Part shown: one piece after another, positions 49,234-59,300 of the stretch
Numbering within the stretch: the first letter of the stretch is position 1
Layout of the letters: each line of letters starts with the position of its first letter
NCBI GenBank assembly: GCA_965279035.1
Contig: OZ257142.1
Span: 1,920,001 to 1,984,000, forward strand
Reading direction: 5' to 3'
Source of the DNA: Bacteroidia bacterium
Lineage (GTDB): Bacteria; Bacteroidota; Bacteroidia; M30B66
DNA length: 64,000 nt
Program-made: the position numbers and the translations under genes
Notes under the pieces: generated by a model
The model's input: only the letters and a program-made list of their open reading frames with translations
Database searches by the model: none
Told to the model about the DNA's origin: nothing

Positions 49234-51531
49234 ATGAAGACATTCAAAACAAAACGAATAACTATAAAACACATTCTGCTTTCTGCAATACTATTATTTT
49301 TTGCAGGAGTTTCATTTGGACAAACTGTTTTCTGGAGCGATAATTTTGATGCGCCATCAGGTGGTGCTGAAAATAATAACAATGGAGCAGGTTGGGTGCT
49401 TAATTCAGAAGGCAATAGTGGCAATCGCTGGTTTGTAAATGCACCAAGTGGAATTGGATGTTCAAGTAGTGGAAATGTTCTTCATATTTCTTGTTCTGCC
49501 GGACTTTGTGGATTCTTAGGTGGTCCTGATGAACCTATTTACAATGCAGCAAATTCAAATTTAAAAACAGCTGTATCTCCTACAATCAGTACATTAGGGC
49601 AGTCAAACATTACTTTAAGCTTTGATTTTATTTGCGAAGGGTATGCTGGAAGTGATTTTGGAACGTTGGCTTTGAGTAGCGATAATGGAACAAATTGGAC
49701 AGATCTTCCAGGTGTATATGTTGAAGTGAGTTCTTGCTCTACTAAAACAATCACATTACCAGCTCAATATCAAAACATCTCCACATTTAAAATGCGATTT
49801 AAATGGGTTGAAACAGATAATGGTGATGGAGTTGATCCTCCTTTTAGTGTGGATAATATCAAATTGACTGTTGCAACTTCCTCTTGTACACCACCAACCG
49901 TTAGTGCTGGATCGAATGTTTCAATTTGTCCTGGAGGATCAATTGCTATTGGCGGATCACCTACAGCAACTGGCGGTTCAGAAGCTGGAGCATTGGTTTA
50001 TTCATGGTCACCTGCAACAAATTTAAGCAGCGCATCTGTTGCAAATCCAACAGCCAATCCATCTGTAACCACACCTTATACTGTAACAGTTTACCGTAAT
50101 ACGCCATCTTGTTCAGCTACAGCAACAGTCACTGTCACAGTAAATACGCCTCAAACATTATCGGTTTCACCTTCGGGAAATCAAACCATTTGTCCAGGTG
50201 GAAATGTGAATTTATCTGCCGCTAACGGATTTACGAATTACGTTTGGACAACGCCATCAGGCACTCAAAATGGACAATCAATCACGGCTTCTGTTTTAGG
50301 TTCATATACAGTTTCTGCAAATGATGCGAATAATTGCTTGTCGACTGCTGCTCCTATTAACTTGACATCCGGTTCTTCACAATCCATCACAGTAACACCA
50401 TCTGGACCATTGAATTTCTGCCCTGGCGGCTCAGTTACACTCACTGCTGCTGCAGGTTTTACAACCTATACTTGGTCGAATGCACAAGTTGGACAAAGTA
50501 TAACTGTAACTGAAGCAGGAACATACTCTGTAATTGGATCTGGATCAGGATGCGGTGGACAATCAAGCGATATCATTGTTACGGTTAATCTACCTGCAGC
50601 ATTAGGTGTTACGGCTGATGGATCATTGGCACTTTGTCAAAATGGGGATGTTGTTTTAACAGCAGAATCTGGATTTACGAATTATGTATGGTCTAATACC
50701 CAAACAGGAGCTTCTGTTACAATTACTTCAGCAGGAAATTATACAGTTTCTGCTCAAGATGTGAATGGTTGTCAAGTACAATCATCGGTTCAAGCAGTTA
50801 CGAATGATCCACCATTTACAATCAATGTGACACCATCGGGCACTATTGGAATTTGTGTTGGTGATAACATAACACTTACAGCACAAAGTGGATATTCGAA
50901 TTATGTTTGGTCCAATACAACAACAGGAACAACCTTGAATGTTTCTTCTGCTGGTGCCTATTCTGTGAGTGCTCAAAATGCAAATGGTTGCTCTGGAACA
51001 TCCGATGCAATTTTTGTAAATTCTACTGTAGCTCCTGATGCTTCATTTACCTATTTACAAGTGGAAGATGTTTATACAGTAAACTTCAGCAGTACATTTA
51101 ATGCAGATACGTATTTGTGGAATTTTGGAAATAATCAAACAAGCACGGCATCTGATCCTTCTTTTACTTTCCCATTTGATAATACTTATCCCGTTACTTT
51201 AATTGCTACAAATGCTTGTGGATCGGATACGGTTACAGTAAATGTTGTTGTTATTAAAACTGGAATTGAGAGTTTGAAAACAGTAAATTCATTTTCTATC
51301 AGTCCTAATCCAGGAAAAGATTTTTTCAGAATAACAGGAAATTCTTCTAAGCCACAAGATTTAATCGTTCAGATTTATTCGTTGACAGGACAAATCATTC
51401 AACGCAAAGACATCTCCGTAAAAGGAATTTTTTCTGTTGATTTTTCAACCACTGAACTAGCTTCTGGCGTTTATATGATTCAAGTTTCTGATTCTATTTC
51501 TAAAATCTCTCAGAAATGGATTAAGAATTAA
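49234..51531 (+). CDS. T9SS-secreted protein: Cys-containing beta-sandwich N-domain, Ig-like repeats, PKD domain, CTD
   Basis: Signal peptide; repeated 'xCPGG...YxWS' units; PKD 'YLWNFGNNQTS...YPVTL'; CTD 'ISPNPG...SGVYMI...KWIK'. Confidence 0.85.
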   Translation: MKTFKTKRITIKHILLSAILLFFAGVSFGQTVFWSDNFDAPSGGAENNNNGAGWVLNSEGNSGNRWFVNAPSGIGCSSSGNVLHISCSAGLCGFLGGPDEPIYNAANSNLKTAVSPTISTLGQSNITLSFDFICEGYAGSDFGTLALSSDNGTNWTDLPGVYVEVSSCSTKTITLPAQYQNISTFKMRFKWVETDNGDGVDPPFSVDNIKLTVATSSCTPPTVSAGSNVSICPGGSIAIGGSPTATGGSEAGALVYSWSPATNLSSASVANPTANPSVTTPYTVTVYRNTPSCSATATVTVTVNTPQTLSVSPSGNQTICPGGNVNLSAANGFTNYVWTTPSGTQNGQSITASVLGSYTVSANDANNCLSTAAPINLTSGSSQSITVTPSGPLNFCPGGSVTLTAAAGFTTYTWSNAQVGQSITVTEAGTYSVIGSGSGCGGQSSDIIVTVNLPAALGVTADGSLALCQNGDVVLTAESGFTNYVWSNTQTGASVTITSAGNYTVSAQDVNGCQVQSSVQAVTNDPPFTINVTPSGTIGICVGDNITLTAQSGYSNYVWSNTTTGTTLNVSSAGAYSVSAQNANGCSGTSDAIFVNSTVAPDASFTYLQVEDVYTVNFSSTFNADTYLWNFGNNQTSTASDPSFTFPFDNTYPVTLIATNACGSDTVTVNVVVIKTGIESLKTVNSFSISPNPGKDFFRITGNSSKPQDLIVQIYSLTGQIIQRKDISVKGIFSVDFSTTELASGVYMIQVSDSISKISQKWIKN

Positions 51532-51551
51532 ATTGAATTTTTAATTTTTTG

Positions 51552-51589
51552 AAAGCGCTGTACTATATTCCTTGTACAGCGCTTTTTTT
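51552..51589 (+). terminator. Intrinsic terminator
   Basis: AAAGCGCTGTAC...GTACAGCGCTTT followed by a T run. Confidence 0.8.
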
Positions 51590-51680
51590 ATGAAGTTTCT
51601 ATCTTAAATCCATCTTATAACAAGTGTTTTTTTTAATAAAATCAATGCTTAGATTGCATAGGAACAAATGGGTTTTATTT

Positions 51681-54600
51681 ATGAAGACATTGCATTCGCT
51701 AAGGATTACAACATTCAAATTGCTTTTTGTATTCATTTTATTTCCACTGGTAAATGGATATAGTCAAACTGTTTTCTGGAGCGATAATTTTGATGCACCA
51801 TCGGGTGGTTTAGAAAATAACAATAACGGAGCCGGATGGGTGCTAAATTCAGAAGGAAATAATGGCAATCGTTGGTTTGTAAATGCACCTAATGGAATAG
51901 GATGTTCGAGTAGTGGAAATGTACTTCATATTTCCTGCTCAGGTGGTTTTTGTGGTTTTTTAGGTGGCCCAAATGAACCTATTTACAATGCAGCTGGTTC
52001 AAATTTGAAAACAGCAGTATCTCCTACTATTAGCACCATAGGTCAATCAAATATTACTTTAAGCTTTGATTTTATTTGCGAAGGCTATGCTGGAAGTGAT
52101 TTTGGAACTTTGGCATTGAGTAGCGATAATGGAGCAAACTGGACAGATCTTCCAGGTGTTTATGTTGAAGTGAGCTCTTGTTCTACTAAAACGATTACTG
52201 TTCCAGCTCAATATCAAAATATCTCCACGTTTAAAATGCGATTCAAATGGGTAGAATCAAGTTCTTTCGATGGAGTTGATCCTCCATTTAGTATTGATAA
52301 TATCAAATTAACCGTTGCAACTTCCTCTTGTACACCACCAACTGTTAGTGCTGGATCGGATGTTTCTATTTGCCCTGGTGGATCTATTGCTATTGGCGGA
52401 TCACCTACAGCAACGGGCGGTTCTGAATTAGGGGCACTCGTTTATTCTTGGTCGCCTACAACGAATTTAAGTAGCGCATCTGCTGCTAATCCAACTGCCA
52501 ATCCATCTGTAACAACACCTTATACTGTTACCGTTTACCGTAATACTCCTTCATGTTCTGCAACAGCAACAGTTACTGTCACTGTTAATACACCTCAAGT
52601 TTTAACCGTATCACCATCAGGAACGCAAACGATTTGTCCCGGAGGAAGTGTGAGTTTAGCTGCCGCCAACGGTTTTACGAATTATGTTTGGACTACACCA
52701 TCGGGCACACAAAACGGACAAGCAATTTCTGCAACAGCAGCAGGAAATTACACCGTCACAGCACATGATGCAAATACCTGTAATTCGACTTCAACGGCAG
52801 TTACCATAAGCATAGCAACACCACAAGTTTTAACGGTTTCACCTTCAGGAACGCAAACGATTTGTCCTGGCGGAAGTGTGAGTTTAGCCGCTGCCAACGG
52901 ATTTACAAATTACGTTTGGACAACTCCATCAGGCACTCAAAACGGACAAACCATTTCGGCAACAGTTGCAGGAAATTACACCGTCACTGCACACGATGCG
53001 AATAATTGTAATTCAACTTCATCGTCTGTCACAGTAAGCATTGCAACACCTCAAACATTATCGGTTTCACCATCGGGAACGCAAACCATTTGTCCGGGAG
53101 GAAGTGTGAATTTAGCTGCAGCCAATGGATTTACGAATTATGTGTGGACAACACCATCAGGCACACAAAACGGACAAACCATTTCGGCAACAGCAGCAGG
53201 AAATTACACCGTCACTGCACATGATGCAAATAACTGTAATTCGACTTCAACGGCAGTTACTGTGAGCATTGCAACACCTCAAGTTTTAACAGTTTCTCCT
53301 TCAGGAACACAAACAATTTGTCCCGGAGGAAGTGTGAGTTTAGCTGCCGTTAACGGATTTACAAATTACGTTTGGACAACGCCATCAGGCACACAAAACG
53401 GACAAACAATTTCAGCAACAGCAGCAGGAAATTACACTGTTACTGCGCATGATGCAAATAATTGTAATTCGACTTCAACGGCAGTCACGGTAAGCATTGC
53501 AACGCCACAAACTTTATCGGTTTCACCTTCGGGAACGCAGACCATTTGTCCGGGAGGAAGTGTGAATTTAGCCGCCGCCAACGGATTTACGAATTACGTT
53601 TGGATAACTCCATCAGGTACTCAAAACGGACAAACTATTTCGGCAACCACAGCAGGAAATTACACAGTCACTGCGCATGATGCAAATAATTGTAATTCGA
53701 CTTCAACAGCAGTTGTCGTAAGCATTGCAACACCTCAAACATTATCGGTTTCACCATCGGGAACGCAAACAATTTGTCCTGGCGGAAGTGTGAGTTTAGC
53801 TGCCGCCAACGGTTTTACGAATTATGTTTGGACAACTCCATCAGGTACTCAAAACGGACAAACAATTTCAGCAGCAGTTGCAGGAAATTACACCGTCACT
53901 GCACATGATGCGAATAACTGTAATTCGACTTCAGCGGCAGTCACAGTAAGCATTGCAACACCTGAAACATTATCGGTTTCACCATCCGGAACACAAACGA
54001 TTTGTCCGGGAGGAAGTGTGAGTTTATCGGCCGCTAATGGATTTACGAATTACGTTTGGACAACTCCATCAGGTACTCAAAACGGACAAACAATTTCAGC
54101 AGCAGTTGCAGGAAATTATACCGTCACTGCACATGATGCGAATAACTGTAATTCGACTTCAGCGGCAGTCACAGTAAGCATTGCAACACCTCAAGTTTTA
54201 ACAGTTTCTCCTTCAGGAACACAAACGATTTGTCCCGAATCTTCTATTACACTTTTTGCTGGAAATGGCTTTACAAATTACACCTGGACATCACCAGCCG
54301 GAATTCAAGTTGGACAATCAATAACAACCAGTTTAGAAGGAGATTATATCGTGAGTGCTATTGGGGCAAATTCATGTTTGTCGACCGCTGCAACAGTGAG
54401 CATAACATTTCTTCAACCACAATCCATCACGATTTCTCCTGCAAATGATTCAAGTATTTGCCCAGGATCAACCATTACATATGCAGCAACAAGTGGCTTG
54501 AGTAATTATAGTTGGAATACTCCAACAGGTACTATTTCAGGACAATCGATTACTGTTTCAGAAGCTGGAACTTATTCAGTTTCTGCCATTGGTTCGAATT

Positions 54601-56027
54601 CTTGCATAACGAATTCAAGTAATGTGAATTTATCAATTCAAATCCCTGAAATTCTAAGTATAACAAGTAGTGAAGGAACTACTTTATGTCCAGGAGCAAG
54701 TATTGATTTAACCGCATTGGATGGATTTATTAATTATCAATGGTTAACTCCATCGGGTGCTAGTTCTGGTCAATCAATTTCAGCAAATCAAATTGGGAAT
54801 TATTCTGTTTCTGCAACAGATCTGCATGGATGTCATTCCATTTCAGAACAAACAACTATTATTCAAGGAATTATAGAAACTATTTCGGTAAACCCAATTG
54901 GTCCATTGAATGTATGTGCAGGAGGTTCAGTTGAATTGATTGCAGCAGATGGCTTTACTACGTATACTTGGTCGAACAGTGAAGTAGGACAAAATTTAAT
55001 AGTAACTGAACCGGGAATTTATTTTGTCAATGGAAGCGGTTTGGGTTGTGGTGGGCAATCGAATAATGTGATTGTAACTTTTGATGAGCCTAATTTGCTT
55101 GATGTAACAGCCGATGGACCATTGGTATTATGTCAAAATGATGATGTTGTTTTGACTGCAGCTTCTGGTTTTACAAATTATCATTGGTCGAATTCTATTT
55201 TAGGGATTTCACAAACATTTTCGCAAGCTGGAAATTTTCAAGTTTCAGCTACAGATGCGAATGGATGTCAATACACTTCTGCTAATCAAATAATAAGTAT
55301 AGATCCACCATTTACTATTTCGATTAATCCATCCGGGAACATTACATTGTGTGAGGGTGATGAAATTGATCTTCAAGCACAAACGGGTTTTTCGAATTAT
55401 GTTTGGTCTAACTCAAGTTCCGGAAATAGTTTGACAGTGAATGCAGAAGGCATGTATTCGGTGAGTGCTCAAAATGCGAATGGGTGTTATGGAACTTCAG
55501 ATGTTGTATCAGTTCAACTCGTTTCAGAACCCAATGCAGCCTTTACATTTCAGCAAATTGTTGATCAGTATTCTGTCAGTTTTACGAGCAGTACTATCGC
55601 TCAGAATTACTTATGGAATTTTGGAAATAATCAAACGAGCACAGAAGCAAATCCGGTTTTTACTTTTCCTTTTGATGGGAATTATCCTGTTACTCTTATT
55701 ACGACCAATGCATGTGGTTCTGATACATTAACTCAAAATGTTCCTGTAATTAAAACCGCAATAAATCCATTGAATTCAATCAATCAATTGGAAATCTCAC
55801 CTAATCCAGGAATAAATTATGTTAGAATAAAGGGGAATTCTTCTGTTAATCAGGAAATTGGAATTAAACTTTATTCTTCATCTGGAGAAATCGTTTATGA
55901 TCAATTAGCCTATGTTAAAAATGACTTTCAATTTGATATTCCAACTAACCATTTAATGAAAGGAATCTATTTAATTATAATAACAAATGGGCGAAATCAA
56001 GTGGCACGGAAATGGCTTAAAGACTGA
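51681..56027 (+). CDS. T9SS-secreted paralog of the 49234 gene with an expanded repeat stalk
   Basis: Near-identical N-domain, many 76-aa repeats, PKD and CTD. Start at ATG 51681 (ORF track 51624). Confidence 0.85.
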   Translation: MKTLHSLRITTFKLLFVFILFPLVNGYSQTVFWSDNFDAPSGGLENNNNGAGWVLNSEGNNGNRWFVNAPNGIGCSSSGNVLHISCSGGFCGFLGGPNEPIYNAAGSNLKTAVSPTISTIGQSNITLSFDFICEGYAGSDFGTLALSSDNGANWTDLPGVYVEVSSCSTKTITVPAQYQNISTFKMRFKWVESSSFDGVDPPFSIDNIKLTVATSSCTPPTVSAGSDVSICPGGSIAIGGSPTATGGSELGALVYSWSPTTNLSSASAANPTANPSVTTPYTVTVYRNTPSCSATATVTVTVNTPQVLTVSPSGTQTICPGGSVSLAAANGFTNYVWTTPSGTQNGQAISATAAGNYTVTAHDANTCNSTSTAVTISIATPQVLTVSPSGTQTICPGGSVSLAAANGFTNYVWTTPSGTQNGQTISATVAGNYTVTAHDANNCNSTSSSVTVSIATPQTLSVSPSGTQTICPGGSVNLAAANGFTNYVWTTPSGTQNGQTISATAAGNYTVTAHDANNCNSTSTAVTVSIATPQVLTVSPSGTQTICPGGSVSLAAVNGFTNYVWTTPSGTQNGQTISATAAGNYTVTAHDANNCNSTSTAVTVSIATPQTLSVSPSGTQTICPGGSVNLAAANGFTNYVWITPSGTQNGQTISATTAGNYTVTAHDANNCNSTSTAVVVSIATPQTLSVSPSGTQTICPGGSVSLAAANGFTNYVWTTPSGTQNGQTISAAVAGNYTVTAHDANNCNSTSAAVTVSIATPETLSVSPSGTQTICPGGSVSLSAANGFTNYVWTTPSGTQNGQTISAAVAGNYTVTAHDANNCNSTSAAVTVSIATPQVLTVSPSGTQTICPESSITLFAGNGFTNYTWTSPAGIQVGQSITTSLEGDYIVSAIGANSCLSTAATVSITFLQPQSITISPANDSSICPGSTITYAATSGLSNYSWNTPTGTISGQSITVSEAGTYSVSAIGSNSCITNSSNVNLSIQIPEILSITSSEGTTLCPGASIDLTALDGFINYQWLTPSGASSGQSISANQIGNYSVSATDLHGCHSISEQTTIIQGIIETISVNPIGPLNVCAGGSVELIAADGFTTYTWSNSEVGQNLIVTEPGIYFVNGSGLGCGGQSNNVIVTFDEPNLLDVTADGPLVLCQNDDVVLTAASGFTNYHWSNSILGISQTFSQAGNFQVSATDANGCQYTSANQIISIDPPFTISINPSGNITLCEGDEIDLQAQTGFSNYVWSNSSSGNSLTVNAEGMYSVSAQNANGCYGTSDVVSVQLVSEPNAAFTFQQIVDQYSVSFTSSTIAQNYLWNFGNNQTSTEANPVFTFPFDGNYPVTLITTNACGSDTLTQNVPVIKTAINPLNSINQLEISPNPGINYVRIKGNSSVNQEIGIKLYSSSGEIVYDQLAYVKNDFQFDIPTNHLMKGIYLIIITNGRNQVARKWLKD
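52590..54185 (+). repeat. Seven near-identical 228-bp (76-aa) intragenic tandem repeats
   Basis: Unit TPQ(V/T)L(T/S)VSPSGTQTICPGGSV...HDANNCNSTS.AVTVSIA starts at 52590, 52818 and so on; a diverging eighth copy starts at 54186. Confidence 0.95.
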
Positions 56028-56040
56028 TATTCCGCAATAA

Positions 56041-56078
56041 AGAGGCGTCGTTTTGTTTATATAACAGGCGGCGCTTCT
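56041..56078. terminator. Imperfect hairpin between convergent genes
   Basis: AGAGGCGTCG...CGGCGCTTCT with G-U pairs. Confidence 0.45.
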
Positions 56079-56149
56079 GCATTTTAATAGATCGCTTGAA
56101 ATACTGTAATTATATTAAATTATAAATAGGATTAAAATAAATGGTTGTA

Positions 56150-58069
56150 TTAATTTTTTGAGCTGGATTGTGGGATTACTTTTCCTGTTTTATCAATCGT
56201 AAGCCATTGTCCAGGAATCCGAATTAGATTTAATAATGGATTTATTTCTAATTCAGGTTCAAATAAATCGGCTTTACGTGTGTAAGGAATACAATTTTCG
56301 GTAGAATATATTTTTCCAATTTTATTTAAGCATAAAGGCATTGGATTACTTTCTGTTAACTCATCTTCAATGCATGCACATGTACCATTAAAGTCGCCTA
56401 ATACTTGCATTTTATAAAGTGGAAAGGATTCTCGAATTGCTTTTATAGTATCGGCATTTGTAGTTGGAATAGTTTCTTCAAATATTGGAGTTTTTTGATA
56501 AAAAGGAATTTCTTCTCTTCCTTTATCATTAATAAATCCCCAATTTCCATTATAATTAACGGCAGCGCGTCCTGATGAAAAATTTCGAACAGCATCAAAA
56601 TGTGGACTAACAATTTCGACACCTGATTTATTGACAAAGCCCCATCCGTTTTTGTTTTTAACTGCAGCAAGACCGTCTGCAAAGCGAACTACTTCGTTGT
56701 ATTTTTCAAATTGAACTTCACGGCCGTATGGGTCAATTACAGACCATAAAAATGTCCCATCTTCTTTGGATGTTTTACCAAAAACTACTGCACCTTTATT
56801 AAATACTAATTCATCAAATTTAGGTTCTATCGATTCTTCTCCTTTTTGATTTAGAAAACCCCATAAGTTTCCTTTTCTAAAGGCAGCACAATAACTATAA
56901 TAGGGAAGGACTTCGTCGTATTCAGGGAGATTCAAGGTATCATCTCCATGAATTAAATAAAAACGATCGGGTAATTTTACATCAGCTTGACCATTTTTAA
57001 AACCACTTTTTATTTCAATAAATTGACAAGGTATTGCTTCATTTCCTTCAATATCAGCAAATCCCCATTTCCCCGATTTATATACTGCACAAAGCCCATC
57101 ACTAAACCAATCGATACTACTATAAGCAGCAGGTAATACCAATTTCCCATCGATATCAATTAAGCCTTTTAACCCATTTATTTGAAATAAATAATGTGCT
57201 TGATCGAAGCGATATAATTCATCATACCGAGGTTCAATAACGACTTCTCCTTTTGTATTTATCATTCCAGCTTCGTTGTGATCAACAAAAACAGCTGTAC
57301 CAGATTCAAAATTATCAAGAAACTTATAGCGTGGACTTAGAATAGTATTTCCTGTTTTATTAATAAATCCATATAAAACTGTATCCTTATTAATGGATGT
57401 AATAACAGAGTAACCTTCTTTTAAATCAAAAACTTGGTGGTAAGCACCTTCGATTTTAATGATGTTGCCATTTTTATTTATGAATGAAAAATCATTGGCA
57501 AGTTTAACAACAGCTTGCCCTTCTGAAAAAGAGAATGCTTCGTCAAATTGAGGTTGAATTTCAAATTGTCCTTTATGATTGATGTATCCCCATTTTTTTG
57601 ATGATTCATCTAGAACACAGGCTAAGTTTTCTTTAAAATCTCTTGCTCCAGTATAGCGGAATTTTATTTTTACTTCACCTTGGCAATCAACAAATCCATA
57701 TTTGCCTGTTCGTTCATTTAAAGTTCGAATTAAATTTTCTTGAATCGATTCAGGAACTAAATAGTGAGGGAATTCATAATTTAAAAAACCAGCATTTGAA
57801 ATGATTTGATAGGTTATTGAAACCGTTCCATCGATGGATGAGAAATTCAACTTTCTAGCAAGTGTCAAGGAATCATTATCAAAATCCCATATATAATCAT
57901 AATCAGCAGGAATAATAATTTGACCTGCTTCATTCTTCATTCCTTCGAGACTTAGTATTTGTCCGTCAGAACCAGCGCGTTGCACAGAAAATTTCAAAAG
58001 AATTGGCTGTTGAGCTAATAATTTTGAACCTGTTATAAATAAAAAAACAAGGAATCTTAGAATTTTCAT
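56150..58069 (-). CDS. WG-repeat exported protein
   Basis: Signal peptide; many 'KWGYINHKG...F.EGLA.V' type repeats. Confidence 0.88.
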   Translation of the reverse strand: MKILRFLVFLFITGSKLLAQQPILLKFSVQRAGSDGQILSLEGMKNEAGQIIIPADYDYIWDFDNDSLTLARKLNFSSIDGTVSITYQIISNAGFLNYEFPHYLVPESIQENLIRTLNERTGKYGFVDCQGEVKIKFRYTGARDFKENLACVLDESSKKWGYINHKGQFEIQPQFDEAFSFSEGQAVVKLANDFSFINKNGNIIKIEGAYHQVFDLKEGYSVITSINKDTVLYGFINKTGNTILSPRYKFLDNFESGTAVFVDHNEAGMINTKGEVVIEPRYDELYRFDQAHYLFQINGLKGLIDIDGKLVLPAAYSSIDWFSDGLCAVYKSGKWGFADIEGNEAIPCQFIEIKSGFKNGQADVKLPDRFYLIHGDDTLNLPEYDEVLPYYSYCAAFRKGNLWGFLNQKGEESIEPKFDELVFNKGAVVFGKTSKEDGTFLWSVIDPYGREVQFEKYNEVVRFADGLAAVKNKNGWGFVNKSGVEIVSPHFDAVRNFSSGRAAVNYNGNWGFINDKGREEIPFYQKTPIFEETIPTTNADTIKAIRESFPLYKMQVLGDFNGTCACIEDELTESNPMPLCLNKIGKIYSTENCIPYTRKADLFEPELEINPLLNLIRIPGQWLTIDKTGKVIPQSSSKN

Positions 58070-58213
58070 GGGCTTTAAAGCGATGTAAAATTACAAAGAT
58101 TCCTTGTCTGCCCTGCATGGGCTATAAATCCTTCTTGGAAGTTATTTTCAGGCATTAATATGAAATAGATGGTTGAATTTTCAATGCCTTACGAAATTCA
58201 TACCAAAGGAATT

Positions 58214-58660
58214 TCAATAAAAATCTTCTTGATCAGCAGGATTAGCAGGAGTATCTGTTGATTTTTGAGCTTCTTTCCTTTCTTGATAACGTTTCTTTTG
58301 TTCCTCCTTAAAAGTTAACCATGATTTCCATTGGTCGGCTGAAAGTATTTTCTGAAGTTTTGCTTCTGTTGATGTATTTATTTCATCAATTGCTGCTTTT
58401 TTCTCTTTGCCTTTTCCTGCTTTGCGAATCTCCACTTTTGCTTTTTCACGTTCAAGAATGATTTGTTTTACATCTGCTGCTTGAGCATCAGTTAAATGAG
58501 CTTTTGAAGTCATCATACGAACAACGCGTATTGCTCGATCTTCTGGACTTAGTTCTTTCTTCTGCTTGGGAGCTGTTGTAGTAGCTGGTGTTGCATTTTG
58601 GGCAATTAATGATAATCCAGAACTAGCAAGAACTAGGGATAAAAAAAGTGATTTGATCAT
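58214..58660 (-). CDS. Small exported helical protein (DUF4890/Spy-like)
   Basis: Signal peptide; 'SPEDRA...M...LTDAQ', 'KILSADQWK'; highly charged. Confidence 0.6.
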   Translation of the reverse strand: MIKSLFLSLVLASSGLSLIAQNATPATTTAPKQKKELSPEDRAIRVVRMMTSKAHLTDAQAADVKQIILEREKAKVEIRKAGKGKEKKAAIDEINTSTEAKLQKILSADQWKSWLTFKEEQKKRYQERKEAQKSTDTPANPADQEDFY

Positions 58661-58730
58661 GTTTGCGTTTTTTTAGGATGTGAACTTAAGAACAAATAAA
58701 ATGGAATTGGTTTATTGTTGAATATTTTTT

Positions 58731-59192
58731 TTAAATCAAAGACTTGACCATTAGAAAATGTTGGATTTTACCGAAAAGCATATAGCTTTTATCAATCATC
58801 TGATATCCTTGTCTTTCATAAAAAGGGATTGCACCTTCTCGTGCTTGAAGTAAAATTTGAATTAAGGAAGGATCTTCTTTTTGAGCTTTTCGTTCTAAAT
58901 AATGAAGTAAAGATTTTCCTAATCCTAAACCTTGCATATCGTCTCGAACAGCCATAAATCGTATTTGAGCTTGTTCTGGTCCAGTTGCATGAATTCTACC
59001 AACAGCAAGGGCTTCTCCTTTTTTATTAACGATCATTCCATGGTAAGAAACATCATCATCTTCGGCGAGTTCCGAACCGATTGGTTGATCCCATGGTTTT
59101 CTTAAAACCTCATATCGTAATAGGTAATATGCCCGCCATTGTTCAGGTGTTCCTGGTGGAATAATAGACCATTCAGCCATGGTATTATACAA
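58731..59192 (-). CDS. GNAT family N-acetyltransferase
   Basis: 'LRYEVLRKPW', 'QIRFMAV', acetyl-CoA motif 'QGLGLG', 'AREGAIPFYERQGY'. Confidence 0.9.
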   Translation of the reverse strand: MYNTMAEWSIIPPGTPEQWRAYYLLRYEVLRKPWDQPIGSELAEDDDVSYHGMIVNKKGEALAVGRIHATGPEQAQIRFMAVRDDMQGLGLGKSLLHYLERKAQKEDPSLIQILLQAREGAIPFYERQGYQMIDKSYMLFGKIQHFLMVKSLI

Positions 59193-59300
59193 TTTTATTT
59201 TTCTGACCGATTGTAAATGTAGTAGAAATGACTTATTAAAATAGAATCAATTGTTATATAATTATTACCTGCTTTTTATTCGATTCATTTATTACAAATA

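Noticed and set aside
52590-54185. Repeat array as CRISPR or DGR template/variable repeats
   Set aside because: The units are in-frame 228-bp coding repeats with no spacers; differences are not adenine-specific; no cas or reverse transcriptase gene.
56093-56120. XerD-like TTATATTAAAT
   Set aside because: No XerC arm; expected by chance in AT-rich DNA.
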